From the NCBI GenBank assembly GCA_045545475.1, contig JAZQAZ010000019.1, forward strand, positions 12,169-76,168: a stretch of DNA of 64,000 bases. Direction: 5' to 3'. A program made the translations under genes and the position numbers. The notes beneath the pieces were generated by a model. The model saw only the letters and a program-made list of their open reading frames with translations. It was not told where the DNA came from and did not search any database. Source of the stretch: Clostridia bacterium. Its GTDB lineage: Bacteria; Bacillota; Clostridia; CAKSNL01; HGM11501. Each line of letters opens with the position of its first letter. Position 1 is the stretch's first letter. Of this stretch, positions 28,457-38,204 are shown piece after piece.

Positions 28457-30787
28457 ATGAGAGAAACATTGCTTTTTAACGACAATTGGCGTTTTCATGA
28501 AGGGGATATTGACACATCAATACCCAACAAAAAAGGACCGTTATACATAAGCTCCAAAACCGAGAGAGCAAAGTGGGGACCTGCTTCTCTTTACTACAGA
28601 GATATGCCGGATGACTATTCTATGACAGCGGAGCTTAACAACCGTGATGCGTGGGATAGTGTAACGCTTCCCCATGACTATGTTATACTTCATACTCCAA
28701 AAGAAAACGAAAATAATACGCTTGGGTATCTTCCGTATAACAACGCCTGGTACAGAAAGCATTTTACATTATCCGAAGATGAGAGAGGTAAAAGGTTCGT
28801 TTTGCATTTTGACGGTGTGGCAACCAATGCAACTGTTTATTTCAACGGAAGCTTGATGAAGCATAACTTCTGCGGATACACGCCATTTGATGTTGATATA
28901 ACCGACTATATCCGTTTTGGACAGGATAATGTTGTTGCAGTTTATGTGAATACCGAAAATCATGAGGGTTGGTGGTATGAAGGCGGCGGCATATACAGAG
29001 ACGTTTTCCTCATCAAAACTAACCGTGTTTCGGTTGATACTTACGGTGTTTATGTTCACCCTGAAAAGAAGGAAAAGAACTGGGATATAAACATCGAAAC
29101 AACCATTGCCAATGAAGACTATGAAGATGCATATGTAAAGCTTATAAGTACCGTTAAAGATAATGATGGAAATACGGTGGCAACCGCAACAAGTGAACTT
29201 TATATCCCTACAAAAGAAGCAGCGACAGCCGTATATAAAACGGAAATTACCAACCCCGTTTTGTGGAATCTGGATAATCCCTGTCAGTACAAGGTTATAA
29301 CCGAAGTGGAAAAAGACGGGGAAACAATAGACGTTTACGAAACAAAAACAGGATTCAGAACCTTTAGAGCAGATCCCAACGAAGGCTTTTTCCTGAACGG
29401 AAATTATGTGAAAATTAAAGGCGTTTGTGCACACTCTGACTGCGGTCTTACAGGTAAAGCCGTTGCTGACAATGTTAACAGGTATAAAGCAGAGCTTCTT
29501 AAGGAAATGGGAGCAAACGGCTACAGAACAAGTCATTATCCTCAAAATCCCGCCATGATGGATGCACTTGACGATCTCGGATTCATCGTTATGGCAGAAA
29601 CCCGCTGGTTCGACTCTACGGATGAGGGCAAAGAGCAGCTCAAAACCCTTATTAAGCGTGACAGAAACCGTCCATCAATTTTCTTTTGGTCCATAGGAAA
29701 TGAAGAACCGTTTTTTGTAACCGAACAGGGACAAAATATAGCAAAAGCCTTGAAGCGTGAAATTAACAAACTTGACAAGACAAGACTTATAATGACTGCA
29801 GTTGACAGAACGCCGGAACAAGCGACGGTTTATTCCGAGCTTGATGCGGTAGGTGTAAACTATAACCTTCAGTCATATGACATACTGCACGAAACATATC
29901 CCGATATACCGGTATTTTCATCTGAATGTTGCGCAACCGGCTCCACAAGAGGCTGGTATTATGACGATTGCCCCGATAAAGGATATATTTCTGCATATGA
30001 CAAGGCCACTAATAACTGGTTTCTCGGCAGGGAGCAGACCTGGAAGTTTATGTGCGAGCGTAAATGGCTTCTCGGTAGTTTTCAGTGGGCAGGCTTTGAA
30101 CACAGAGGAGAAACAGTATGGCCACGTCTTTGCTCGCAGTCGGGAGCGATTGACTTGTTCCTTCAGAAAAAGGATGCTTTCTATCAGAATCAGTCCCATT
30201 GGCTCGAAAATCCCATGATACACATGATTCCTCACTGGAACCTTAAAACCGCTTTCCCTGGTGAAGATATAAAGGTGTGGGCATACACAAACTGTGAAGA
30301 AGCCGAGCTTATATTAAACGGAAAAAGCTATGGAAAAGTTTCTGTTGAAAAATATGGCCATGCCCAGTGGTTTGTTCCTTATGAAGAGGGTACAATCGAA
30401 GTTATCGGATATATCGGTGGCAGGGAGGTTTGCCGTGACGGTCACGAAACCACAAAAGCTCCCGCTAAATTAAAGCTTCGTCTCGAAAACAAGGTTACAG
30501 GCTCAGGCAGAGATGTGGCTATTTTGACTTGTTACACGGAGGATGAAGACGGACTCTTTGTTCCCGATGCATCACCGTTTGTTGAATTCCATACAAATGC
30601 CAAAGGAAATATCATCGGAACAGGAAGTGATATTTCCGACCACAATCCCGTTACGGAAAAGAACCGTAAAATGAGAGAAGGCCTTATCTCGGTTGCAGTA
30701 GCTGTAAAGGGCGGAGCAGGTAAACTTTCTGTCTATGCAAAAGCAGAAGGACTTATTCCTGCAAGACTTGACATCGAAATTGATTAA
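28457..30787 (+). CDS. Glycoside hydrolase family 2 (beta-galactosidase-like)
   Basis: LPHD, WYRKHF, FDGV, WYEGGGIYRDV, RTSHYP, RDRNRPSIFFWSIGNEE, SSE. Confidence 0.92.
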   Translation: MRETLLFNDNWRFHEGDIDTSIPNKKGPLYISSKTERAKWGPASLYYRDMPDDYSMTAELNNRDAWDSVTLPHDYVILHTPKENENNTLGYLPYNNAWYRKHFTLSEDERGKRFVLHFDGVATNATVYFNGSLMKHNFCGYTPFDVDITDYIRFGQDNVVAVYVNTENHEGWWYEGGGIYRDVFLIKTNRVSVDTYGVYVHPEKKEKNWDINIETTIANEDYEDAYVKLISTVKDNDGNTVATATSELYIPTKEAATAVYKTEITNPVLWNLDNPCQYKVITEVEKDGETIDVYETKTGFRTFRADPNEGFFLNGNYVKIKGVCAHSDCGLTGKAVADNVNRYKAELLKEMGANGYRTSHYPQNPAMMDALDDLGFIVMAETRWFDSTDEGKEQLKTLIKRDRNRPSIFFWSIGNEEPFFVTEQGQNIAKALKREINKLDKTRLIMTAVDRTPEQATVYSELDAVGVNYNLQSYDILHETYPDIPVFSSECCATGSTRGWYYDDCPDKGYISAYDKATNNWFLGREQTWKFMCERKWLLGSFQWAGFEHRGETVWPRLCSQSGAIDLFLQKKDAFYQNQSHWLENPMIHMIPHWNLKTAFPGEDIKVWAYTNCEEAELILNGKSYGKVSVEKYGHAQWFVPYEEGTIEVIGYIGGREVCRDGHETTKAPAKLKLRLENKVTGSGRDVAILTCYTEDEDGLFVPDASPFVEFHTNAKGNIIGTGSDISDHNPVTEKNRKMREGLISVAVAVKGGAGKLSVYAKAEGLIPARLDIEID

Positions 30788-30789
30788 TT

Positions 30790-30822
30790 AAAGGGCGGAG
30801 AAGCATTGCTTCTCCGCCCTTT
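30790..30822 (+). terminator. Intrinsic terminator
   Basis: AAAGGGCGGAGAAGCA-T-TGCTTCTCCGCCCTTT. Confidence 0.8.
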
Positions 30823-30831
30823 CGCAAAAAA

Positions 30832-30903
30832 GATAAAAAAGCTAAGAAAATCAACAATGATGACAAAAAAACTAAGGAATTTACAGTTTTTATGTGTTAT
30901 AAT
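30832..30903 (+). promoter_or_regulatory. Tandem operator plus extended -10 promoter of cassette A4-B4
   Basis: GATAAAAAAGCTAAGAAA (30832) / GACAAAAAAACTAAGGAA (30862), then TGnTATAAT with -10 at 30898. Confidence 0.65.
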
Positions 30904-30934
30904 GATTGCAGGAATATTAACAGGAGGAGATTAT

Positions 30935-33694
30935 ATGAAAAAAATTGTATCAACCTTGCTCATTATATCTATGCTGGCATCCTTTTCTTTAGCAATTTCT
31001 GCGGAAACAGAAAAGGAATTAGATATACTTAAGCCTGACTTTAAAAATAATATTATGGTTTATGAAGATTGCATCAGATACAATACTAAAGACAGCTATT
31101 TCGGATTTAAGGCAGTTGACCTCACCGGAATAAAATCCATTGGAATCAGGGTGCTCAATACGTTTATAAGAGGCGCCGGAGAAAACGGAGATACTCTTGT
31201 TGTTAAGGCGGATGATCCGTTAAAAGGCGATGTGCTCGGATATATAGTTATGGCAGAAGCGGGAGAGCACATTTTCAAAACATCAATCTTTGAAACGGAG
31301 GGCGTTCACGATTTATACTTTGTTTCGCTTTACGGAGAAAACAGAGGAAATTCCAATATATATGAAATAAACTTATATAAAGATGAGTATGTTCAGGACA
31401 AATCCGCCTGTGTACCGGACTCATATATTAAAGACCTTTATTCGGATACCTGGGCAGCAACAGATTCCTACGGAAGAAAGGTGGCAGACTATTGTGAAAC
31501 CGGGGCTGTTAAAACCGACGGACGTGAAGTGGGAATTATGTACTGGAACTGGTTTGTTGCAGATACTGCTAAATACCGCGGAAGGGTTATTTCAGACGTA
31601 TTAAAGGAACACCCCGAAGCAAGAGACGATTATTACCACGAAGCCTGGGGGAAGAACAATAAATATTTCTGGACAGAGCCGGTGCTGGGATTTTACGATT
31701 CCTATGACTACTGGGTATACCGTAAACACGCCGAAATGCTTGCAGTTGCAGGCGTCGATGTGATATTTACCGACTGTACAAATGCGGGATATACATATAC
31801 CGAGCCTCTTACAATTCTTGCAAAAGCTTTTCGTGATGCGAAAAGGACGGGAATTGATGTTCCGAAAATTTCGGTTATAGGCTCCCTTGGCCGCGGTAAA
31901 TATGCATTTACCCAGCCTATGGCGATATATATGAATTTCTTTGTGGGAAACGATTATTCCGATATATGGTATTACCGCGACGGAAAGCCTATGATTTTTT
32001 CTACGGTATATAAAGCGGATACAAAGAAATATGCCAATGAAAAAGATACTGCACAGATGGATCTGGCGGAAGAAATACACGACTTTTTCACTTTCAGATA
32101 TGCCGGGGCGTACAGAAACAGTAAGGTTGCTCCCAATGAATGGTTCTGGCTTGAAGAATTTCCGCAGCAGCTTCGTAATCCCGATGAAACCGGACGGCCT
32201 GAAATGGTGGCGGTGGGATGCTCTATAAACACAACAGTCAATGCGGCAATGGGCGTGGCTACAGCTGCATCCAATCCCTGTGCAAAGGGCAGAAGCTTTT
32301 CCGAGGTATTCAACCGCGACTATTCTGCTGACAGTGCAAGAAAGGCATATTTCTTCCGTGAGCAGGCAGCGCTTGCTTTAGCGGCTGATCCTGAGTTTGT
32401 ATTTATTAACGGATGGAACGAGCTTTCGGCAGAACGAAAGAGCGAATGGTACGGGCAGACCAACACCTTTGTAGATACCTTTGATGACGAAAACAGCCGT
32501 GATTTCGAGCCGTCAAGAGGTGCTCTGAAGGATGATTATTATATGCTCCTTTGCGATTTTGTAAGAAAATTCAAGGGTGTTCGCCCTGCACCTGTTGCAA
32601 GCGGAATGAAAGCTATAGATATTAACGGTGAGCTTTCACAGTGGAGCGAAGTGGGTCCTGAATTTTTAAATACAAATCAGGATTACGAAAGAGATTCTGT
32701 GGGCTATGCAAAAGCGGGTACTGATTTTGAACCGAATATCTATAAAACAACTGTAAACAATGCTGTAAAGAGTGCAAAGGTGTCTTTTGACAATGAAAAT
32801 TTCTATTTCCTTGTATCCTGTGAAAAGGACATAAAGGAACACGACAAAAGCTTTCTTAATCTCTATATAAACACAGACAGGATGTATAATACCGGGTGGG
32901 AAGGTTATGACTATGCCTTTAATGTATCCGGAAAAGGTGTAATTTCAAAAAATGCAGGAAATGTATGGTGTTGGGAAAGTATCGGTAATGCAGAATACAG
33001 GATAACCGGAAATTCTATGATGGTTTCCTTTCCGAGAAGCTTTATCGGAGAGACGGAAAAGGTAGATTTTGAATTTAAATGGACAGATTCTGTTTCAGCG
33101 GAAGACGACTTTATGAATTTCTATTCTGACGGCTCGGTTGCACCCTATGGTCGCTTTAATTATCTCTATACAGAAAAAGAGCAGACAGCACTTACGGATT
33201 ATGAAAGAATGATGCTGTCGGATACGGCAATTATAAAAGCCGGTGCTGAAAATATGATAGTTGCAGGCGGAAAAATGCCGGTTTACGAAAAGAACAGAAA
33301 TGTACGTGCTTTTTCACAGAACGGAACACTTTATATCCCTGAAGATACATTGTGCGAAGTGCTGGGCTACGGCAGAACAAAAACAGACTATAATTCATTC
33401 TACAATGTTTCTAGAACCTATCATTACGAGATGAACGACGAACTGACAGAAGTAATTAATTATAAGTGGACATATACAACCCTCGGCACTAATGAAGCGA
33501 GAGTGGACGGAAAGCTTACCGGGCTTTCAAACCCCGTTATCTCAAGGGACGGAATTGTATTCATTCCCTTAAGCTTTATTGAAGAATGCTACGGATATGA
33601 AGTGAAGGCAATAGGAGAGGACGTTTATACCGTATGCACAAGGGGAACAGCACCGATTGATACGGTTATGAGTGTTTTGCATCACTTTGATTGA
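30935..33694 (+). CDS. Cassette gene A4 (closest to A2)
   Basis: ATG 30935 after AGGAGG; same architecture; motif variant NGWNEL. Confidence 0.7.
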   Translation: MKKIVSTLLIISMLASFSLAISAETEKELDILKPDFKNNIMVYEDCIRYNTKDSYFGFKAVDLTGIKSIGIRVLNTFIRGAGENGDTLVVKADDPLKGDVLGYIVMAEAGEHIFKTSIFETEGVHDLYFVSLYGENRGNSNIYEINLYKDEYVQDKSACVPDSYIKDLYSDTWAATDSYGRKVADYCETGAVKTDGREVGIMYWNWFVADTAKYRGRVISDVLKEHPEARDDYYHEAWGKNNKYFWTEPVLGFYDSYDYWVYRKHAEMLAVAGVDVIFTDCTNAGYTYTEPLTILAKAFRDAKRTGIDVPKISVIGSLGRGKYAFTQPMAIYMNFFVGNDYSDIWYYRDGKPMIFSTVYKADTKKYANEKDTAQMDLAEEIHDFFTFRYAGAYRNSKVAPNEWFWLEEFPQQLRNPDETGRPEMVAVGCSINTTVNAAMGVATAASNPCAKGRSFSEVFNRDYSADSARKAYFFREQAALALAADPEFVFINGWNELSAERKSEWYGQTNTFVDTFDDENSRDFEPSRGALKDDYYMLLCDFVRKFKGVRPAPVASGMKAIDINGELSQWSEVGPEFLNTNQDYERDSVGYAKAGTDFEPNIYKTTVNNAVKSAKVSFDNENFYFLVSCEKDIKEHDKSFLNLYINTDRMYNTGWEGYDYAFNVSGKGVISKNAGNVWCWESIGNAEYRITGNSMMVSFPRSFIGETEKVDFEFKWTDSVSAEDDFMNFYSDGSVAPYGRFNYLYTEKEQTALTDYERMMLSDTAIIKAGAENMIVAGGKMPVYEKNRNVRAFSQNGTLYIPEDTLCEVLGYGRTKTDYNSFYNVSRTYHYEMNDELTEVINYKWTYTTLGTNEARVDGKLTGLSNPVISRDGIVFIPLSFIEECYGYEVKAIGEDVYTVCTRGTAPIDTVMSVLHHFD

Positions 33695-33730
33695 ATTAAA
33701 GTTATACATCAATTGAAAGGGTGAATTATT

Positions 33731-36046
33731 TTGAAAAAGAGACTTTTTAGCTTAATATCAGCACTGTTTATTGTTACAGGAAGTGTTTTTGCGGCAGCCA
33801 ATGATGTTGACTTTGTCAAAGTCGAAGGCAGCGGAGGATCTGTCGGATATTATTCTGATTTACAGGAAGCTTTTAATTCTGTTTCAGAGGGGGATACGGT
33901 TACTTTACTTAAGGACTATACCTTTAATTATACAGGAAAAAGCATAACAGGAATTGATTTTCCTGAAGTGAAGTTCACATTTGACGGCGGGGGATTTACA
34001 ATAACTGACGCCTTTGACAGAAAGCTGCACGGAAATCATGACGACAGAGGATCGTATAAAATCTCCGGCGGTGATGTAACCGTAAAAAACGTAACCTTCA
34101 GAATGGATAACGCCATCACATCGGAGGATCAGGGGCATACAAACGGATGCTTTCTTGTTACAAACGGAACAGTCCGGCTTAATAATGTAACCATCACACA
34201 TTATTACGGACATAACGGAAGTGCCTTCTGGGGACAGGGCAACGGAAAAATAATCATAGAGGATAAAGTGACCGTTTCCGATTGTCACGCCAAAACGCGC
34301 GGAATTATCGGCCTTTACTTTCTCGATGCTGAAATTAACGGACTTACCGTAGATGGCGGAACGGGTGATGCGATAGTTGCAGGACCTGTAGGAGCAAAGG
34401 TAGAGCTTAAGCTTTCGGACACATCCATAAGCGGTGTTACAGGAAGCGGAATTGTGGCAGGCGGAACAAAAAGTGAAGAAAAGACGACAGTTGTTAACAT
34501 CAGTGGAGGTATAAAAATAACAAATTGTGAAGGCAGCGGAATACATATTAATCCCGGAGCACAGGTAAAGGTGAGAGGGGAAGCCGATTTATCCGGAAAC
34601 AAAGGTGGGAATATAAAGATAACCGGAAGCGGTATTTTAGACGCCGATCCTCCGATTATTGCAGAGGGTGAAAAAATTGTTGCCGGTGAAATTTCAAAAG
34701 CAGGGTGGACTGTTTCTGCAACCTCTGAATTTGTTAAAAATCCCGCTAAATATCTTATTGATAATGATACAAAAACCTTCTGGCATTCAAAGTATGATGA
34801 GATTGACGGAAAAGCGAAAAATATTGAGCCTGCACCGTACACTTTGGATTTTATACTTCCTGAAGTTACGGATATTTCCGGCTTCGCCCTCCTTTCAAGA
34901 AAGGATTCAAATTCAGGAGACCTTAAAAGCTATGATATTTTGGTATCGGATTCCGATGACGGAGAATTTTATGCTGTAGCTAAAGATATTACGGTTCCAT
35001 CGTATATGTATGAAGCAAAAGGATATACAAAGGTTATAAACCTTGTTGCAAATGTAAATGCAAAAAGAATAAGGCTTTATATAAAAGAGGGCTCGGTTGC
35101 GGCATTTGCGGAATTTTCCGTAATAAAAGGAGATGATGGGAAAGAAACGATGACTCCTGCGTCATACCTTGAGTATGCATCGCAGAACACTCCGCAGCTG
35201 ATTCCTTCCGATAAGTTTAAGGTTTCGTGTGAAGAAGAAGCCTGGATGCAATTTACAATAGTAAAGGCGTTTGACGGAACAAATCAGTCAATGTGGCAGA
35301 CGGAGGCTGTAGGCAGTCGTCCGGTTAAAATCTGCATAGATCTCGGAGAGGTTTACGAAATCGAAGAAATACATTATTTACCAAGACTTACAGAGGATAA
35401 ACACGGACTCTGGCTTAAAGCAAATATATCTTATTCAACAGATAAAACCGTATATGAGAAAATTGAAAATTACACTTTCAAAGAGAATCTTGACGAGAAA
35501 ATCATAAGCTTTGGCGAAGGGTGCAAAATGCGCTATGTCGAGATAGAAGTAACCGAATATGTTGCAAACAGAGTATCGGCATCGGAAATCAGCTTCTATG
35601 AAACAGGAAAAGGACATCGCGAAAGAATAGAAGAGAATAAAACCACTTATACACTTACCATAGGCTCAGATGTAATAAAAATAGCAAAAGGTAAAAACAA
35701 TGAAATTTCGGAAAAGAAAATAGATGTTGCACCTTATATTGTAAACGGTTCCACATTTATTCCTTTAAGAGGACTTCTTGAGGAAATGGGTGCGGAAATC
35801 TCCTGGGATGGAGAAAGACAGCTTATTACCGTAAAAAACAATGCACTCACCATTGAGCTTCAGATATGGAATAACACGGTTTGGGTAACAAATTCAAAGG
35901 TTGACGGCAGAATGATGTATTCTGTTCCGAATCCGCCCGTAATAAGTGACAACCGTACTTTTGTGCCGGTAAGATTTCTTTCGGAGATTCTTGGGTATAC
36001 CGTTTCCTGGGACGGTACTGCGCAGACTGTCACCATAAAAAATTAA
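33731..36046 (+). CDS. Cassette gene B4: pectin-lyase-like beta-helix + 2 F5/8C modules + stalk domain
   Basis: YSDLQEAF..GDTVTLLKD cap and G/N/V-rich repeats; FWHS and MWQT modules; APYIVNGSTFIPLRG stalk. Confidence 0.7.
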   Translation: MKKRLFSLISALFIVTGSVFAAANDVDFVKVEGSGGSVGYYSDLQEAFNSVSEGDTVTLLKDYTFNYTGKSITGIDFPEVKFTFDGGGFTITDAFDRKLHGNHDDRGSYKISGGDVTVKNVTFRMDNAITSEDQGHTNGCFLVTNGTVRLNNVTITHYYGHNGSAFWGQGNGKIIIEDKVTVSDCHAKTRGIIGLYFLDAEINGLTVDGGTGDAIVAGPVGAKVELKLSDTSISGVTGSGIVAGGTKSEEKTTVVNISGGIKITNCEGSGIHINPGAQVKVRGEADLSGNKGGNIKITGSGILDADPPIIAEGEKIVAGEISKAGWTVSATSEFVKNPAKYLIDNDTKTFWHSKYDEIDGKAKNIEPAPYTLDFILPEVTDISGFALLSRKDSNSGDLKSYDILVSDSDDGEFYAVAKDITVPSYMYEAKGYTKVINLVANVNAKRIRLYIKEGSVAAFAEFSVIKGDDGKETMTPASYLEYASQNTPQLIPSDKFKVSCEEEAWMQFTIVKAFDGTNQSMWQTEAVGSRPVKICIDLGEVYEIEEIHYLPRLTEDKHGLWLKANISYSTDKTVYEKIENYTFKENLDEKIISFGEGCKMRYVEIEVTEYVANRVSASEISFYETGKGHRERIEENKTTYTLTIGSDVIKIAKGKNNEISEKKIDVAPYIVNGSTFIPLRGLLEEMGAEISWDGERQLITVKNNALTIELQIWNNTVWVTNSKVDGRMMYSVPNPPVISDNRTFVPVRFLSEILGYTVSWDGTAQTVTIKN

Positions 36047-36057
36047 TACTGTGAAAA

Positions 36058-36129
36058 GACAAAAAAACCAAGAAATTGAATAAAGAGGACAAAAAAACTA
36101 AGGAAATGACGTTTGCGTTGTGATATACT
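36058..36129 (+). promoter_or_regulatory. Tandem operator plus extended -10 promoter of the phosphoesterase pair
   Basis: GACAAAAAAACCAAGAAA (36058) / GACAAAAAAACTAAGGAA (36088), then TGnTATACT with -10 at 36124. Confidence 0.65.
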
Positions 36130-36159
36130 GAAGCCAAAATGATAAAAGGAGTGGGTTAA

Positions 36160-37056
36160 ATGAAAGAATCAGTAAAATTTGCAGCATTGGCAGACTTTCA
36201 TCAGGCAATGTTTCCCGACAGGGCAGAAGATATGCTTGATCAGTTTATAGAAGCGGCTAAAAAAGAAAAGGTTGATTTTGTTATTGACCTCGGAGACTTT
36301 GCTTATCCGCTTCCTGCAAACGATATTCCTGTAGAAAACAGCAAACCTCTCATAGATAAATTCAATTCGGCATTCGATGTTCCCGTTTACCACGTGCTCG
36401 GAAACCACGAATGCGATTATTTCACCAAAAAGAAAAGTCTTGAGTTCCACGGCTTCGGAACAGAAGGAACTTATTACTCCTTTGATTCAGAGCCTTTCCA
36501 CTTCGTTGTGCTTGATGCAAACTTTATGAAGCTTCCTGAAGGCTATGTAGCATACGAAAACAGAAACTATTATAAATGGTCTTATGAAAATCCGCCCGTA
36601 ATTCCTTATCTTCCGGATTACGAACTTGAGTGGCTTCGTGAAGACCTTTTAAAGGCAAAATATCCCACAATACTTTTTTCACATCAGCGTTTATCTCCCG
36701 GATATTTTAACTCAGGCATCAGAAACCGTGACGAATTTCTTGAAGTTGTAAATTCAGCACCCAACAAAGTCGTTCTTTCCATCAACGGACACGAACACGT
36801 TGACTATGTGGAAAAAATAGATAACATCTGGTACTACAGCCTGATAAGCGGAAGCAATATGTATGCAGGAAGCAAATATAAACAGTCTGTATGCCCATAT
36901 TCAAAGACACAGTACGGAATCATAACACTGGACAATAAAGGTGCTTATGTCAAGAAAACAGATGGGGAATATATCGGTCTTACACCGGTTGATATCGGCT
37001 ATCCCCACGGCGAAAGGTATTTACCCTACGTTACCGAAAAATATCTTGAATTTTAA
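36160..37056 (+). CDS. Calcineurin-like metallophosphoesterase, copy 1
   Basis: ADFH, LGDF, GNHE, FSHQ, GHEH motifs. Confidence 0.9.
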   Translation: MKESVKFAALADFHQAMFPDRAEDMLDQFIEAAKKEKVDFVIDLGDFAYPLPANDIPVENSKPLIDKFNSAFDVPVYHVLGNHECDYFTKKKSLEFHGFGTEGTYYSFDSEPFHFVVLDANFMKLPEGYVAYENRNYYKWSYENPPVIPYLPDYELEWLREDLLKAKYPTILFSHQRLSPGYFNSGIRNRDEFLEVVNSAPNKVVLSINGHEHVDYVEKIDNIWYYSLISGSNMYAGSKYKQSVCPYSKTQYGIITLDNKGAYVKKTDGEYIGLTPVDIGYPHGERYLPYVTEKYLEF

Positions 37057-37073
37057 CATAGGAGAAGTTGATT

Positions 37074-38021
37074 ATGAAAGAAAAAGTTAAATTTGCAGTA
37101 CTTGCAGACTTTCATCAGGCGATGTTTGCAGACACCGCAGAAGAAAAGCTCGATCAGTTTATCGAAGCGGTAAACAGCGATAAAGAGATAGAATTTGTTG
37201 TTGACCTTGGTGACTTTGCATTTCCGCTTCCTGCAAACAATATCCCGATAGAAAACAGCAAGCCTTTAATCGATAAATTCAATTCAGCTTTTAATGTTCC
37301 CTTATATCACGTACTGGGAAATCACGAGTGCGACTATTTCACCAAAAAAGAAAGCCTTGAGTTTCACGGCTTTAACACAGAGGAAACCTATTATTCCTTC
37401 GATGCAGAGCCTTTCCACTTCGTTGTACTTGATGCAAACTTTATGAAACTTCCTGAAGGCTATGTTGCTTACGAAAACAGAAACTATTATAAGTGGTCAT
37501 ATGAAAATCCTCCTGTAATTCCTTATTTGCCGGATTATGAGCTTGAGTGGCTTCGTGAGGATTTGGCAAAAGCGAAATATCCTACGATTTTATTTTCACA
37601 TCAGCATCTTGCAGACAAGGTATTCGGCACAGGAATAAGAAACTACGATGAGCTTAAAAAGATAATGGACGAATCTCCGAATGGCGTTGTTATGTCCATA
37701 AACGGACACGAGCATTTAGACTTTGCTCACAAGCTTGACGGAAGATGGTTCTACAGCCTTATCAGCGGAACAAATATGATGATAGGAAGTAAGCACCCCT
37801 TAAAGGGAAGATATACAGAAGACTATATGCGTTCACTTCCTTGCATACATATGACACTTCCTTATTCAAAGACGCAATACGGTATATTTACAGCTGATAA
37901 AAACGGAGTTTTCGTAAAGGGAACGGAAGGCGGCTTCGAAGGTCCTGACCTTTACGAGGTTGGCTATCCGGATCCGGAATATTTTGTCCCTTATGTAAAA
38001 GAAAGATATTTTGAATTTTAA
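37074..38021 (+). CDS. Calcineurin-like metallophosphoesterase, copy 2
   Basis: Same five motifs; tandem paralog of copy 1. Confidence 0.9.
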   Translation: MKEKVKFAVLADFHQAMFADTAEEKLDQFIEAVNSDKEIEFVVDLGDFAFPLPANNIPIENSKPLIDKFNSAFNVPLYHVLGNHECDYFTKKESLEFHGFNTEETYYSFDAEPFHFVVLDANFMKLPEGYVAYENRNYYKWSYENPPVIPYLPDYELEWLREDLAKAKYPTILFSHQHLADKVFGTGIRNYDELKKIMDESPNGVVMSINGHEHLDFAHKLDGRWFYSLISGTNMMIGSKHPLKGRYTEDYMRSLPCIHMTLPYSKTQYGIFTADKNGVFVKGTEGGFEGPDLYEVGYPDPEYFVPYVKERYFEF

Positions 38022-38023
38022 TT

Positions 38024-38052
38024 TATACGGGCATCTGTCGGATGCCCGTATA
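38024..38052 (+). terminator. Intrinsic terminator
   Basis: TATACGGGCATC..GATGCCCGTATA hairpin. Confidence 0.7.
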
Positions 38053-38111
38053 TTTATGCAAAACTTATGAAGAAAAGAACAAAAACTTATGGAAAATGCC
38101 GCTTTTATCCC

Positions 38112-38140
38112 TTGACAAATCAACGCGGAATTGCTATAAT
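38112..38140 (+). promoter_or_regulatory. Consensus sigma-A promoter of nifJ
   Basis: TTGACA-17-TATAAT with TG extension. Confidence 0.8.
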
Positions 38141-38204
38141 AAAGTGATGCATAATGTAAAGTTATCAAAAAACATCAAATATATATCTAAGGAGGAATTG
38201 TCTT

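Noticed and set aside
30806-30934. N-terminal extension of A4 in the ORF track (likewise 82-120 for A1 and 8538-8654 for the isomerase)
   Set aside because: These extensions run through terminator, promoter or upstream-gene sequence; the RBS (and, for A1 and A4, the signal peptide) marks the downstream start
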